Assembly: GCF_000012465.1 (NCBI RefSeq)
Contig: NC_007335.2
Location: 1,410,001-1,442,000 of the forward strand
DNA: 32,000 nucleotides
Direction: 5' to 3'
DNA from: Prochlorococcus marinus str. NATL2A
Lineage (GTDB): Bacteria > Cyanobacteriota > Cyanobacteriia > PCC-6307 > Cyanobiaceae
The notes below the pieces were generated by a model. The model made no database searches. It was not told where the DNA came from and saw nothing but the letters and a program-made list of their open reading frames with translations. Below are positions 20,426 to 27,873 of the stretch, in pieces (within the stretch, counting starts at the first letter, position 1; each line of letters starts with the position of its first letter). Both the position numbers and the translations under genes were made by a program.

Positions 20426-20572
20426 TTACTTATCAAACATTTGATGAAGTTTAATCCATTTGATTTCACTCTCGCTCTGATCTACAAAACCATTTAGTGC
20501 ATACTCAACATTTCTTGGCTCTTGAATTTCTTTTTCTTTTAAAATTTTGATACCTTCAATTTTTACAGCCAT
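20426..20572 (-). CDS. Possible small protein (48 aa), function unknown
   Basis: Found by hand, below the track threshold. The ATG...TAA ORF reads MAVKIEGIKILKEKEIQEPRNVEYALNGFVDQSESEIKWIKLHQMFDK. It lies in the 505-bp gap between tRNA-Val and murD. Its composition is not low-complexity, but there is no other support. Confidence 0.3.
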   Translation of the reverse strand: MAVKIEGIKILKEKEIQEPRNVEYALNGFVDQSESEIKWIKLHQMFDK

Positions 20573-20864
20573 TAACAAGAAGCAAATACATTTGCATCAA
20601 AACAACTTTTAGAGAATAAAGCTAGAGGTATTAACGTTTTTTTAATCTTATTAAAATTAATTTTTAAAATTTCAACTTGATTTCTTAAAATGGAAGATAT
20701 TCAAGCATCAATGAGCAAAATATCTTTATTTATAAATCAAAACAATACTAATATAAAAATATTTTATATTAGAGAATAGTCAAAATAGCACGCAATCAAA
20801 TTCTCTCTAAGGTAACAGCTACCTAACAACGATAAAAGCTATTAACCTTACAACCTAAATTAAA

Positions 20865-22274
20865 TTGTCAAAACAAGAACAATCAAATCAAATACATATT
20901 GTACTGGGACTAGGCTGCTCAGGAATAAGTGCAGCAAAACTACTTAAAACAGAAGGAAAGAACGTTTTAGTTTTAGAGAATAATTCAAATAAAAATCTAT
21001 TAAATATATCTAATAAATTAAAATCAGAAGGAATCAACGTTATTTTGCTTGACGAAGCACTTCATATTAATAATTTCACGCCTTGGATAGAAAGTGTTTG
21101 CTCTATCACTGTAAGTCCAGGAATAGATTGGGAGCATATAGCTCTAAAAGAATTAAGAGGTAAGAATATCAATGTTCAGGGAGAAGTAGCATTAGCTTGG
21201 GAAAGATTAACTCATATCCCGTCTGTTGGCATAACTGGAACAAATGGAAAAACTACCGTCACTAACATGCTTAATCATATTCTTAAATTAAATAATTTAA
21301 ATACTGATATGGGAGGAAATGTTGGAAAGGCATTATCCAAAATTGCTTTAGAAAATATGAAAAATAATGACCAAGAGTTAGACTGGCTAGTACTAGAATT
21401 AAGTAGTTTTCAAATTGAAGGTTCACCAAAAGTAGCACCCACCATAGGTATATGGACAACATTTACACCTGATCATTTAGAAAGACATAATGATATGGAA
21501 AGTTATTTCAAGATAAAGCGTAGCTTGCTAGAGAAATCATCCATTAGAATTTATAATTCTGATGATCAATATTTATCAAGTAAAAGGAAAGAATTACCTA
21601 AAGGTATATGGGTTGGAACAAATCAACAATCCTTGTACTCTCAATATCAGAAATTTTGGATCGATCAAAAAGGTTATATATTTGAAGACAAAAAACAACT
21701 ATTTCATAGTTCGATACTTAACATACCAGGTAAACATAATTTACAAAATCTCCTGCTTGCAATAGCTGCGGCAAGAGAAATAGGGCTTGATGATTCATCA
21801 ATAGCTAAATCTATAAAATCATTTAAATCAATCCCCCATAGATTGGAGTATTTAGGAAATGTAAATAATTTAAGCTTTTATAACGACAGCAAAGCCACTA
21901 ATTTCGACTCTTCAATAACTGCTTTAAAATCTGTTCCTCATCCAATAATTTTACTAGCTGGTGGTATACAAAAAAAAGGAGATTTTATGCCGTGGGTGAA
22001 ACAAATAAAGCAATCTACCAATGGGATAGTCTTATTTGGACTGAGTGCAAATAACTTGAAGGAAGAATTATTAATATCTTCTTATATAGGAGAAATAATT
22101 GTCAAAAAAAATCTAGAAGAAGCAACAATAGCATCTATTAATATAGCAAGGGAAACAAATTCAAGAAGCATACTATTATCTCCAGCTTGTGCAAGTTTTG
22201 ATCAATATAAAAACTACGAAGAGAGAGGGGACCATTTCAAAAATCTTGTTAAAAAGTATAAATTGATAAAATGA
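20865..22274 (+). CDS. murD: UDP-N-acetylmuramoylalanine--D-glutamate ligase
   Basis: The N-terminal Rossmann segment is VLGLGCSGISAAKLL. The Mur ligase P-loop is GITGTNGKTT. Also present are LELSSFQ, PGKHNLQN, HRLE and NDSKATN. TTG start. Confidence 0.9.
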   Translation: MSKQEQSNQIHIVLGLGCSGISAAKLLKTEGKNVLVLENNSNKNLLNISNKLKSEGINVILLDEALHINNFTPWIESVCSITVSPGIDWEHIALKELRGKNINVQGEVALAWERLTHIPSVGITGTNGKTTVTNMLNHILKLNNLNTDMGGNVGKALSKIALENMKNNDQELDWLVLELSSFQIEGSPKVAPTIGIWTTFTPDHLERHNDMESYFKIKRSLLEKSSIRIYNSDDQYLSSKRKELPKGIWVGTNQQSLYSQYQKFWIDQKGYIFEDKKQLFHSSILNIPGKHNLQNLLLAIAAAREIGLDDSSIAKSIKSFKSIPHRLEYLGNVNNLSFYNDSKATNFDSSITALKSVPHPIILLAGGIQKKGDFMPWVKQIKQSTNGIVLFGLSANNLKEELLISSYIGEIIVKKNLEEATIASINIARETNSRSILLSPACASFDQYKNYEERGDHFKNLVKKYKLIK

Positions 22275-22369
22275 TCTGATTTTTTAAAACGGATTAGACT
22301 TGGTCGGAGATCCACCCTTAGCTTATATTTTACACGTGATAGTTTGTATATAGATTTGCCATAAATAAG

Positions 22370-22678
22370 TTGAGCCAAAATCAATTTTCCAAAAGTTCTA
22401 TTAGTCACAAGGAGCTAAATGCTTTTTTATTAAAAGCCAAGAAAGATATATCCTTGAATAATTCTCCTGAAAATAACAAAAGCAAAGAAGAACAGGATTT
22501 TAATGATTTAATAAAAAATTGGAGCATAACAAGTCAAAAATTACTCCTAATCATGAATAGTAAAGAGAAAGTTTTCACTAATAATAAAGATCCTAAATCT
22601 CTTATGGCCTTTGGAGCGATGGGTGCACATATAAATATGGCTTTACAAGCGCTTAAAGCGACTGGATCTAATCAATAG
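22370..22678 (+). CDS. Hypothetical protein (102 aa) with possible Nif11-like N-terminal domain
   Basis: TTG start with no nearby ATG. The segment HKELNAFLLKAKKDISL resembles the Nif11-family signature (L-x-A-F-L-x-K-x-x-x-D-x-x-L). The later FNDLIKNWSITSQKL resembles its second helix pair. The match is weak and made by eye. Confidence 0.4.
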   Translation: MSQNQFSKSSISHKELNAFLLKAKKDISLNNSPENNKSKEEQDFNDLIKNWSITSQKLLLIMNSKEKVFTNNKDPKSLMAFGAMGAHINMALQALKATGSNQ

Positions 22679-22792
22679 AAATAAAACATTAGTAATTTAT
22701 TACATAAGAAATTTAAAACCCAAAATGGACTTTTAAAAAAATTATAATGAGATACTAAATCCTGTCTCATAAGGATTACACAATTTTTTATT

Positions 22793-23215
22793 TTGCCAGA
22801 GCAAAACCAAAATCCACTTGATCTCGTTCCAGAGTCAACTGCTAAGTTGATGAAAACGATGTCAAACGAACCCAAAGGGTCGATTGATGATTTGATTTAT
22901 TGTCACCTATACGGAGTTGTTGGTGATTGGTATCTTTCGGAGATATCAGTAGATAGAAAAATAGCTTTTGGATTTCAAATCATAAATTCTGAACCTGTAT
23001 GGGAAATGGATGATTGGGTAACTAATTCCAGTAAATGGGGAGAAATCCCTATCAAAAAACTACAAGGTCTTGTCAATGAGAAATTTCTAAAAGAGAAAGA
23101 TATTCGGTTTTTAATTACAAGAGATTTATTTTGGGAACCTACCAAGTTTTCAGCGATTAATATTAATCAAAATACTCTTTTCTATCCAGGTACAACAGAT
23201 AGAAGTTTCTCTTAA
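22793..23215 (+). CDS. DUF2958-like protein (140 aa from TTG; 121 aa if it starts at ATG 22850)
   Basis: CHLYGVVGDWYLSEISVDRKIAFGF ... WGEIPIKKLQGL ... ITRDLFWEPTKF follows my recollection of the DUF2958 pattern (FtP-x-g-wTWY-x-tE ... fFGlv ... ElGYfsLsEL ... ERDl-x-F-x-P). This copy has an insertion between the first two blocks. Assignment is from memory. Confidence 0.45.
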   Translation: MPEQNQNPLDLVPESTAKLMKTMSNEPKGSIDDLIYCHLYGVVGDWYLSEISVDRKIAFGFQIINSEPVWEMDDWVTNSSKWGEIPIKKLQGLVNEKFLKEKDIRFLITRDLFWEPTKFSAININQNTLFYPGTTDRSFS

Positions 23216-23262
23216 TTATATGAAAGACTGAATCTCACTTACCTAAATAATTTTTAATTAAA

Positions 23263-23508
23263 ATGAATGAAATAGACCCCAAAAATGATCCTCTTTATTT
23301 ATTAACAAAAGCTGTTGAGCAAGGTGATCCTCAAGTTTCCAAAAAAGTAAAGGAGCGTCTTGATAAATCAGATGACCCTTCAGAGATGAGATATTTAGAG
23401 GGATTACTTATACTACTAGGTGAGAAACCCGGAGAACTAGAAGATCCACCCGACGTAGAAGATGATCCAGATGAATATTGGCAAGAAAATGATTACTTTG
23501 AGGTCTAA
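23263..23508 (+). CDS. Very acidic small protein (81 aa), function unknown
   Basis: ATG start. By my count it has 24 Asp/Glu against 9 Lys/Arg. The C-terminal tail is ELEDPPDVEDDPDEYWQENDYFEV. It is co-directional with the two preceding small genes. Confidence 0.5.
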   Translation: MNEIDPKNDPLYLLTKAVEQGDPQVSKKVKERLDKSDDPSEMRYLEGLLILLGEKPGELEDPPDVEDDPDEYWQENDYFEV

Positions 23509-24371
23509 ATTAAAGTAATAGCAACTCCAATAAAAGATAAAATAGAATAAAAAATTGTTAATTTATTTATTTCTTCTCCCTCTCTCTTTGAAATAAAAAG
23601 TGCAAAGACAGGTGAAAGACTTAGCAAAGTCCAACCAATTCCAATAGGTAAAAATTTAAAAACTATCTGTTGAAATAATATTCCAAAATTAGTGCCAAGT
23701 AAGGTTGATAAAATTAAATTTGAATGATTTTTTTTAGTTAGTGCTCTATTCTTAATAATATCAAAAAAATCTTTTTTAAAAATTAAAAATAAAAATATTG
23801 ATGCTGATAAAAGTCTGATTTCAGTTGTTTGCAAAGGGGTTAATGTAGAACCAATTAAAATCACCCTCGACAATAAAGCTGCCAAAACAGCACAAAGGAC
23901 CGATCCAAATGCGCAGAGGATACCGAGAATATTTCGTTCTCTTGGCTCTTCTTTTTGAAATGTATTTTGTCGTACAATCATTAACAAAGAGAAAGACACA
24001 ATCAAAGATCCTACCCACACTTTTTGAGGATATATCTCATCGATACTCCATGTTCCTAAAGTAGTTGCAATTATTGGAGTCAAAGCTTCGAATGAAAGGG
24101 TTTTTCTAGTTCCTATTATTTTCAAAGCGTTTATATATAAAGTATCACCGATAGAAATACCGACTATTCCACTTATTATCAAAACAAAGATAGAGCTCAT
24201 ATTAGACAACCAGCTTATAGTTAATACCACTGGTAAAAATAAGATTGAGGCAAGAACATTTTTATAAATATTTATTTGCCTTGGTAATAAATTCTCAGAT
24301 TCTTTACGCCATATAGAACATGAGAATGTCCAAAATAATACCGCTGAAATTGCTGCAAAAAAACCAATCAT
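23505..24371 (-). CDS. DMT-superfamily (EamA-like) transporter, about 10 TM helices
   Basis: The 288-aa protein is almost entirely hydrophobic with a duplicated 5-TM organisation. It has EamA-like motifs (GISIGDTLYINALKIIG; LLSLSPVFALFIS). Confidence 0.7.
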   Translation of the reverse strand: MIGFFAAISAVLFWTFSCSIWRKESENLLPRQINIYKNVLASILFLPVVLTISWLSNMSSIFVLIISGIVGISIGDTLYINALKIIGTRKTLSFEALTPIIATTLGTWSIDEIYPQKVWVGSLIVSFSLLMIVRQNTFQKEEPRERNILGILCAFGSVLCAVLAALLSRVILIGSTLTPLQTTEIRLLSASIFLFLIFKKDFFDIIKNRALTKKNHSNLILSTLLGTNFGILFQQIVFKFLPIGIGWTLLSLSPVFALFISKREGEEINKLTIFYSILSFIGVAITLI

Positions 24372-24469
24372 ATTTAAAACTTTCTAACAAACAAATTTTA
24401 AAAGTATTTATATATTCATCAAAAGTCTAGAAAGGAGATATAACTCACACAAATCTATCTTCTAGGAAA

Positions 24470-25231
24470 CTAATTACTTTTTTTGCATTCAGGCTTGTTT
24501 TTCTTACTATTTAAATCAAGTTTATCATCACTCCAAACTTCTAATACATCTGGAAAGTGCTTCTCCATACATAAATCGCAAATCCCATGACTAAAACGAA
24601 TATCTGCGATTTTCGATAGGTATTTTTCTAGATGCTGCCACTCACCATCCGAATCCCTTACCTCTTTGCAATATGAACATGTCGTTAAAATACCTTCCGT
24701 ATTGTGCATATGAGTAAGAGCATCAAGAAGACGAATAGATCTTTTACGAAGTTCCAACAAGGTTACAACCTGTCTAGATAATGCCTCCATAATTTGATGC
24801 TGATGGTCAGACAAATGTCCCGGCTTTCTATCAATCACACAGAGAGTTCCTATTCGCTGATCATTTGGGGTTTGCAATGGAAAACCAGCATATAAACGAA
24901 TTTTTGGTTCCTCAACGACCAAAGGATTTGACTTGAATCGCTCATCTAATAGCGCATCCTCAACAATCAATGGTTCTGAACTAGCAATTGCATGAGCACA
25001 AAAAGAAACATCCCTTGATGTTTCTTTCGTCTCAAATCCACACATTGATTTAAACCATTGTGTATCTGTATCAACCAAGCTCATTAAAGAGATGGGAGTT
25101 CCACAAGTTAAAGAAGCAATCTTCGTTATGTCGTCGTAGCATTGCTCAGGCTGAGTGCCTAAAATCCTGTACTCAGCGAGAGCTCTTAAGCGCTCTTCTT
25201 CATTACTTATTTTTGGGGCGCCGAAACCCAA
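24470..25231 (-). CDS. GAF-domain sensor protein with Cys-rich C-terminal module (CxxC...HGxCxxC)
   Basis: The N-terminus EEERLRALAEYRILGTQPEQCYDDITKIASLTCGTPISLMSLVD...FCAHAI...IVEDALLDERF...YAGFPL...GTLCVID is a typical GAF domain. The C-terminus is CSYCKEVRDSDGEWQHLEKYLSKIADIRFSHGICDLCMEKH. TTG start. Confidence 0.75.
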   Translation of the reverse strand: MGFGAPKISNEEERLRALAEYRILGTQPEQCYDDITKIASLTCGTPISLMSLVDTDTQWFKSMCGFETKETSRDVSFCAHAIASSEPLIVEDALLDERFKSNPLVVEEPKIRLYAGFPLQTPNDQRIGTLCVIDRKPGHLSDHQHQIMEALSRQVVTLLELRKRSIRLLDALTHMHNTEGILTTCSYCKEVRDSDGEWQHLEKYLSKIADIRFSHGICDLCMEKHFPDVLEVWSDDKLDLNSKKNKPECKKSN

Positions 25232-25472
25232 AACAATTCCTTTTAAATATGATTAAAGAATAGATAAGAGTGGGTGATTAAATCGAATCTCTTCTTAATA
25301 ATAAATAATTAAGTTTCTATAAGAAAAACTTCAACAATATGAAGCAACGTTAATCAAAAAAATAAACTTAAAATGCAAATAATTCTAGTTTAAATATACA
25401 GAATAGCTCTTTGTCCAAAAATTCTGTTTTCTTCTTAAATAAGTTGAGTAAATACTTTTAATTTTTTTCACT

Positions 25473-25721
25473 TCAAAAGGTCTTAGTAGTCCTGATTTTA
25501 AAACTACTATTAGTTATCAAAGTATCATCAGCAAGATCTAAACCCTTAACACTAGAAATCTGACCTTTTAGGCCTTCTAATTGAAGTTGATCAATCATCT
25601 GCTGAATAACCTGACTTTCTACTAATTTCTGATCAATCATTTCTGGGGTCATTTTCTCAAATAATTTTCCTGCTTTAGAGGCAACAACATCTGATGCATT
25701 AGTAATTTTAAGAAGAATCAT
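25473..25721 (-). CDS. Hypothetical protein (82 aa from ATG 25721)
   Basis: The ORF reads MILLKITNASDVVASKAGKLFEKMTPEMIDQKLVESQVIQQMIDQLQLEGLKGQISSVKGLDLADD.... The track start (TTG at 25754) adds 11 hydrophobic residues, so I prefer the ATG. No family recognised. Confidence 0.45.
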   Translation of the reverse strand: MILLKITNASDVVASKAGKLFEKMTPEMIDQKLVESQVIQQMIDQLQLEGLKGQISSVKGLDLADDTLITNSSFKIRTTKTF

Positions 25722-26171
25722 AATAAAATCGAAACTTAGATAAATTGAAATCAAGTAAACTATTACTGATAAATATCATATAAATCGATTACTCATCTAG
25801 TATTAAAGGATTATGTAAATATAATTCAACTAAGCATCAATATAAAAATTTGAATTATAGCCAAGCATATAAAGGTCCAGAGTAATATCATACCTATTTT
25901 ATTATGGAAAGAACCCTTCTTATAAAATGTCGGACCCGAACCCCAATCCCTAGTCATTATTAAAAATCAAATAATCTATAAGATAAGATAGCAATAGAGT
26001 TGTTTTTTTATTGCTTCAATAAAAAAAAATACAATTTAAAATCATATTTTTCAAAAAGCCAAAAGATTTCCACAAAAACAACATATTTATTCCATAATAC
26101 TAAAACTCCAACAAGTCTAAATATTAAAAAATTTCCAAGAGAAATTAATGTTTTATCCTAGTATTTATTAA

Positions 26172-26573
26172 ATGAACTTTGAACAAACAAAAAATTTAAT
26201 AGGAAGAATCCTAATTTCAGCTATATTTATTTATGCAATTCCAGGTAAAATAATAAATTTCGAACAAACTGTTGAAGTTATATCAAATAAAAATATATCT
26301 CCTACATTAGCTCCTCTTTTATTATTTTCAGCTATCGTTTGCTTGATTTTTGGTTCAATACTTTTCATCTCAGGATTCAAGCAAAGATTCGGTGCATATC
26401 TTCTGCTTATATTTATAGTTCCAACAACTTTTATTTTTCATTTTTATCCTTTTCAAATAAAAGCTGTATTAATGAATGCTGGGCTAATTGGAGGATTAAT
26501 ACTTGGACTAAACAATGTAAAAGGTAATTCACTCAAAGAACTTTTTAATAACCAGGCAAATAAAACTAATTAA
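26172..26573 (+). CDS. DoxX-family membrane protein
   Basis: It is 133 aa with 4 TM segments. IGRILISAIFIYAIPGKIINFEQTVEVI...LAPLLLFSAIVCLIFGSILFISGFKQRFGAYLLLIFIVPTTFIFH follows the DoxX pattern (R-x-x-L-x-x-x-F-x-x-x-G-x-x-K ... E-like helix ... G ... H). Confidence 0.6.
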   Translation: MNFEQTKNLIGRILISAIFIYAIPGKIINFEQTVEVISNKNISPTLAPLLLFSAIVCLIFGSILFISGFKQRFGAYLLLIFIVPTTFIFHFYPFQIKAVLMNAGLIGGLILGLNNVKGNSLKELFNNQANKTN

Positions 26574-26600
26574 AATTTTAATTCTTTTTAAAATGTTTGT

Positions 26601-26969
26601 TTAATGCCACTTCAACTTAATATCAATAGAGCATTCAAGATTAAGCTTCACAGGACAATCCTCAGCTGTATTTTGAAGTATTTTATATGTTTGAGAATCC
26701 AAATCAGCTGGCATAAAAATTTCTAATACTAGAGTCTTTATTTTCCTAGGCCCCTCTGAAGTCATTGTCTTATAAACATCAATTTTAATATTACCAAGTT
26801 TCCATCCTCTACGTTTTGCCTCTATAGCCATAATTGTTATTACACAAGTCCCCAAAGAAGAGGCTAGTAAATCAGTTGGAGCAAAATCTTTTCCTTCCCC
26901 ATCATGGTCTGTAGGTGCATCAGTATGAATGACACTCCCTGAAAGAGAATGTTTTGCCTCAGTGTGCAA
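26601..26969 (-). CDS. OsmC/Ohr-family protein; true N-terminus probably lies upstream of the listed TTG
   Basis: HTDAPTDHDGEGKDFAPTDLLASSLGTCVITIM ... AEDCPV carries the two conserved Cys regions of OsmC-like proteins. The frame stays open upstream to 27041. It encodes ...STKISCNYLGDL before the TTG, which looks like the conserved first beta-strand (see findings). Confidence 0.75.
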   Translation of the reverse strand: MHTEAKHSLSGSVIHTDAPTDHDGEGKDFAPTDLLASSLGTCVITIMAIEAKRRGWKLGNIKIDVYKTMTSEGPRKIKTLVLEIFMPADLDSQTYKILQNTAEDCPVKLNLECSIDIKLKWH

Positions 26970-27170
26970 ATCGCCAAGATAGTTGCAACTAATCTTGGTA
27001 GAATTTAAAAGAGTATTTTTCGAGTTTTTGATTAGAGGGTCCTAGTCTATGATTTTATTTTAACGACTCTATACTCTTACCTAGTATTAAAATAAGTTCC
27101 TTTAGCAAAGATAAACCAATAATGATAAATATCATTTTTAAAATATAAAATTTTCTTATACTCAAAGCAA

Positions 27171-27542
27171 ATGATTTTTATTTCGTTTTTTCTAAGTTTA
27201 CTTATTACTCTTAATCCTTCTTCAGATTTCAATTGCGATGGAGATAGGTTAACTGCAGTCATCAGAAATAACTTAAATGGAGATTTTGCGATAACCGATA
27301 ATCTTGAAAATATTGATAAAGGAGCTTTTGTCGTTCTTCATTGGCGAGATATAAACCTCATGCTTCCAGTATCTTTTAAAGTCGGTGATATATCTTTCAC
27401 GGACAAGAAATGGTTATGGAGTTATCAAGATGAGAAAAATGGATTAAGAATGGATGAACCTAGATTCGCTCAACTTTTACCTAATGGAGAAATTCAAGAA
27501 TTTTCTTGTCTAGCTATTTTCAAAGAAGACATGATTTCATAA
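27171..27542 (+). CDS. Secreted protein with MliC/PliC-like fold (lysozyme-inhibitor family), 123 aa
   Basis: The hydrophobic N-terminus is MIFISFFLSLLITL. The mature part starts FNCDGDRLTAVIRNN, continues ...FVVLHWRDINLMLPVSFKVGDISFTDKKWLWSYQDEKNG and ends ...EFSC. It aligns by eye with E. coli MliC (YQCDEKPLTVKLNN...[29 protein letters not shown]...NNC), including both Cys. Confidence 0.4.
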   Translation: MIFISFFLSLLITLNPSSDFNCDGDRLTAVIRNNLNGDFAITDNLENIDKGAFVVLHWRDINLMLPVSFKVGDISFTDKKWLWSYQDEKNGLRMDEPRFAQLLPNGEIQEFSCLAIFKEDMIS

Positions 27543-27610
27543 AGAAACCCTTAAGCAGTAAATAATCAAGACGTGCTATGGCTAGGTATTAAGTAGTTGA
27601 AAAAACTTAA

Positions 27611-27805
27611 ATGACTATCTCAAGATCAAAGAGATTTGTATTTGTAGATACGAAACCAAATTTAAGCAAAAAACAAGTTTTTATTTTTGGATCAATACTT
27701 GCAAGTGGTTGCTTAAGTGGGGCATTTTTAATCGCACTTTATATTGAATATCTTCATAATCCAGCTTTTCACAGTTTTGTTCAATCGAGAGGAATTTTCC
27801 TTTGA
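27611..27805 (+). CDS. Small single-TM protein (64 aa), function unknown
   Basis: ATG start. It has one clear TM helix (VFIFGSILASGCLSGAFLIALYI). A strong terminator hairpin follows about 40 nt after the stop. Confidence 0.4.
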   Translation: MTISRSKRFVFVDTKPNLSKKQVFIFGSILASGCLSGAFLIALYIEYLHNPAFHSFVQSRGIFL

Positions 27806-27844
27806 TTTTTGAGTTCTTTGATATTAGATATTCCTTATAAAAAT

Positions 27845-27873
27845 AAAAAAGCTCTCTATAAGAGAGCTTTTTT
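27845..27873. terminator. Rho-independent terminator (A-tract / hairpin / T-tract, usable on both strands)
   Basis: The sequence is AAAAAA-GCTCTCT-ATA-AGAGAGC-TTTTTT. The 7-bp perfect stem is 27851..27857 / 27861..27867 and the T-run is 27868..27873. Confidence 0.8.

Noticed and set aside
22214-22875. Two short minus-strand ORFs (22214..22408 and 22672..22875)
   Set aside because: Each overlaps the end or start of plus-strand genes (murD and the 102-aa ORF, then the 102-aa and DUF2958-like ORFs). Neither has motifs, and both look like AT-rich chance frames.
24440-24455. AACTCACACAAA, considered as a Yfr1-like sRNA core motif
   Set aside because: My recollection of the Yfr1 signature is ACUCCUCACAC flanked by two stem-loops. 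This sequence lacks the CCU, and I see no flanking hairpins.
25925-25950. GC-richer patch CGGACCCGAACCCCAATCCC, considered as a degenerate tRNA T-arm or att remnant
   Set aside because: I could not fold it into a T-stem/TTCRA loop on either strand. It does not match the tRNA-Val 3' end.
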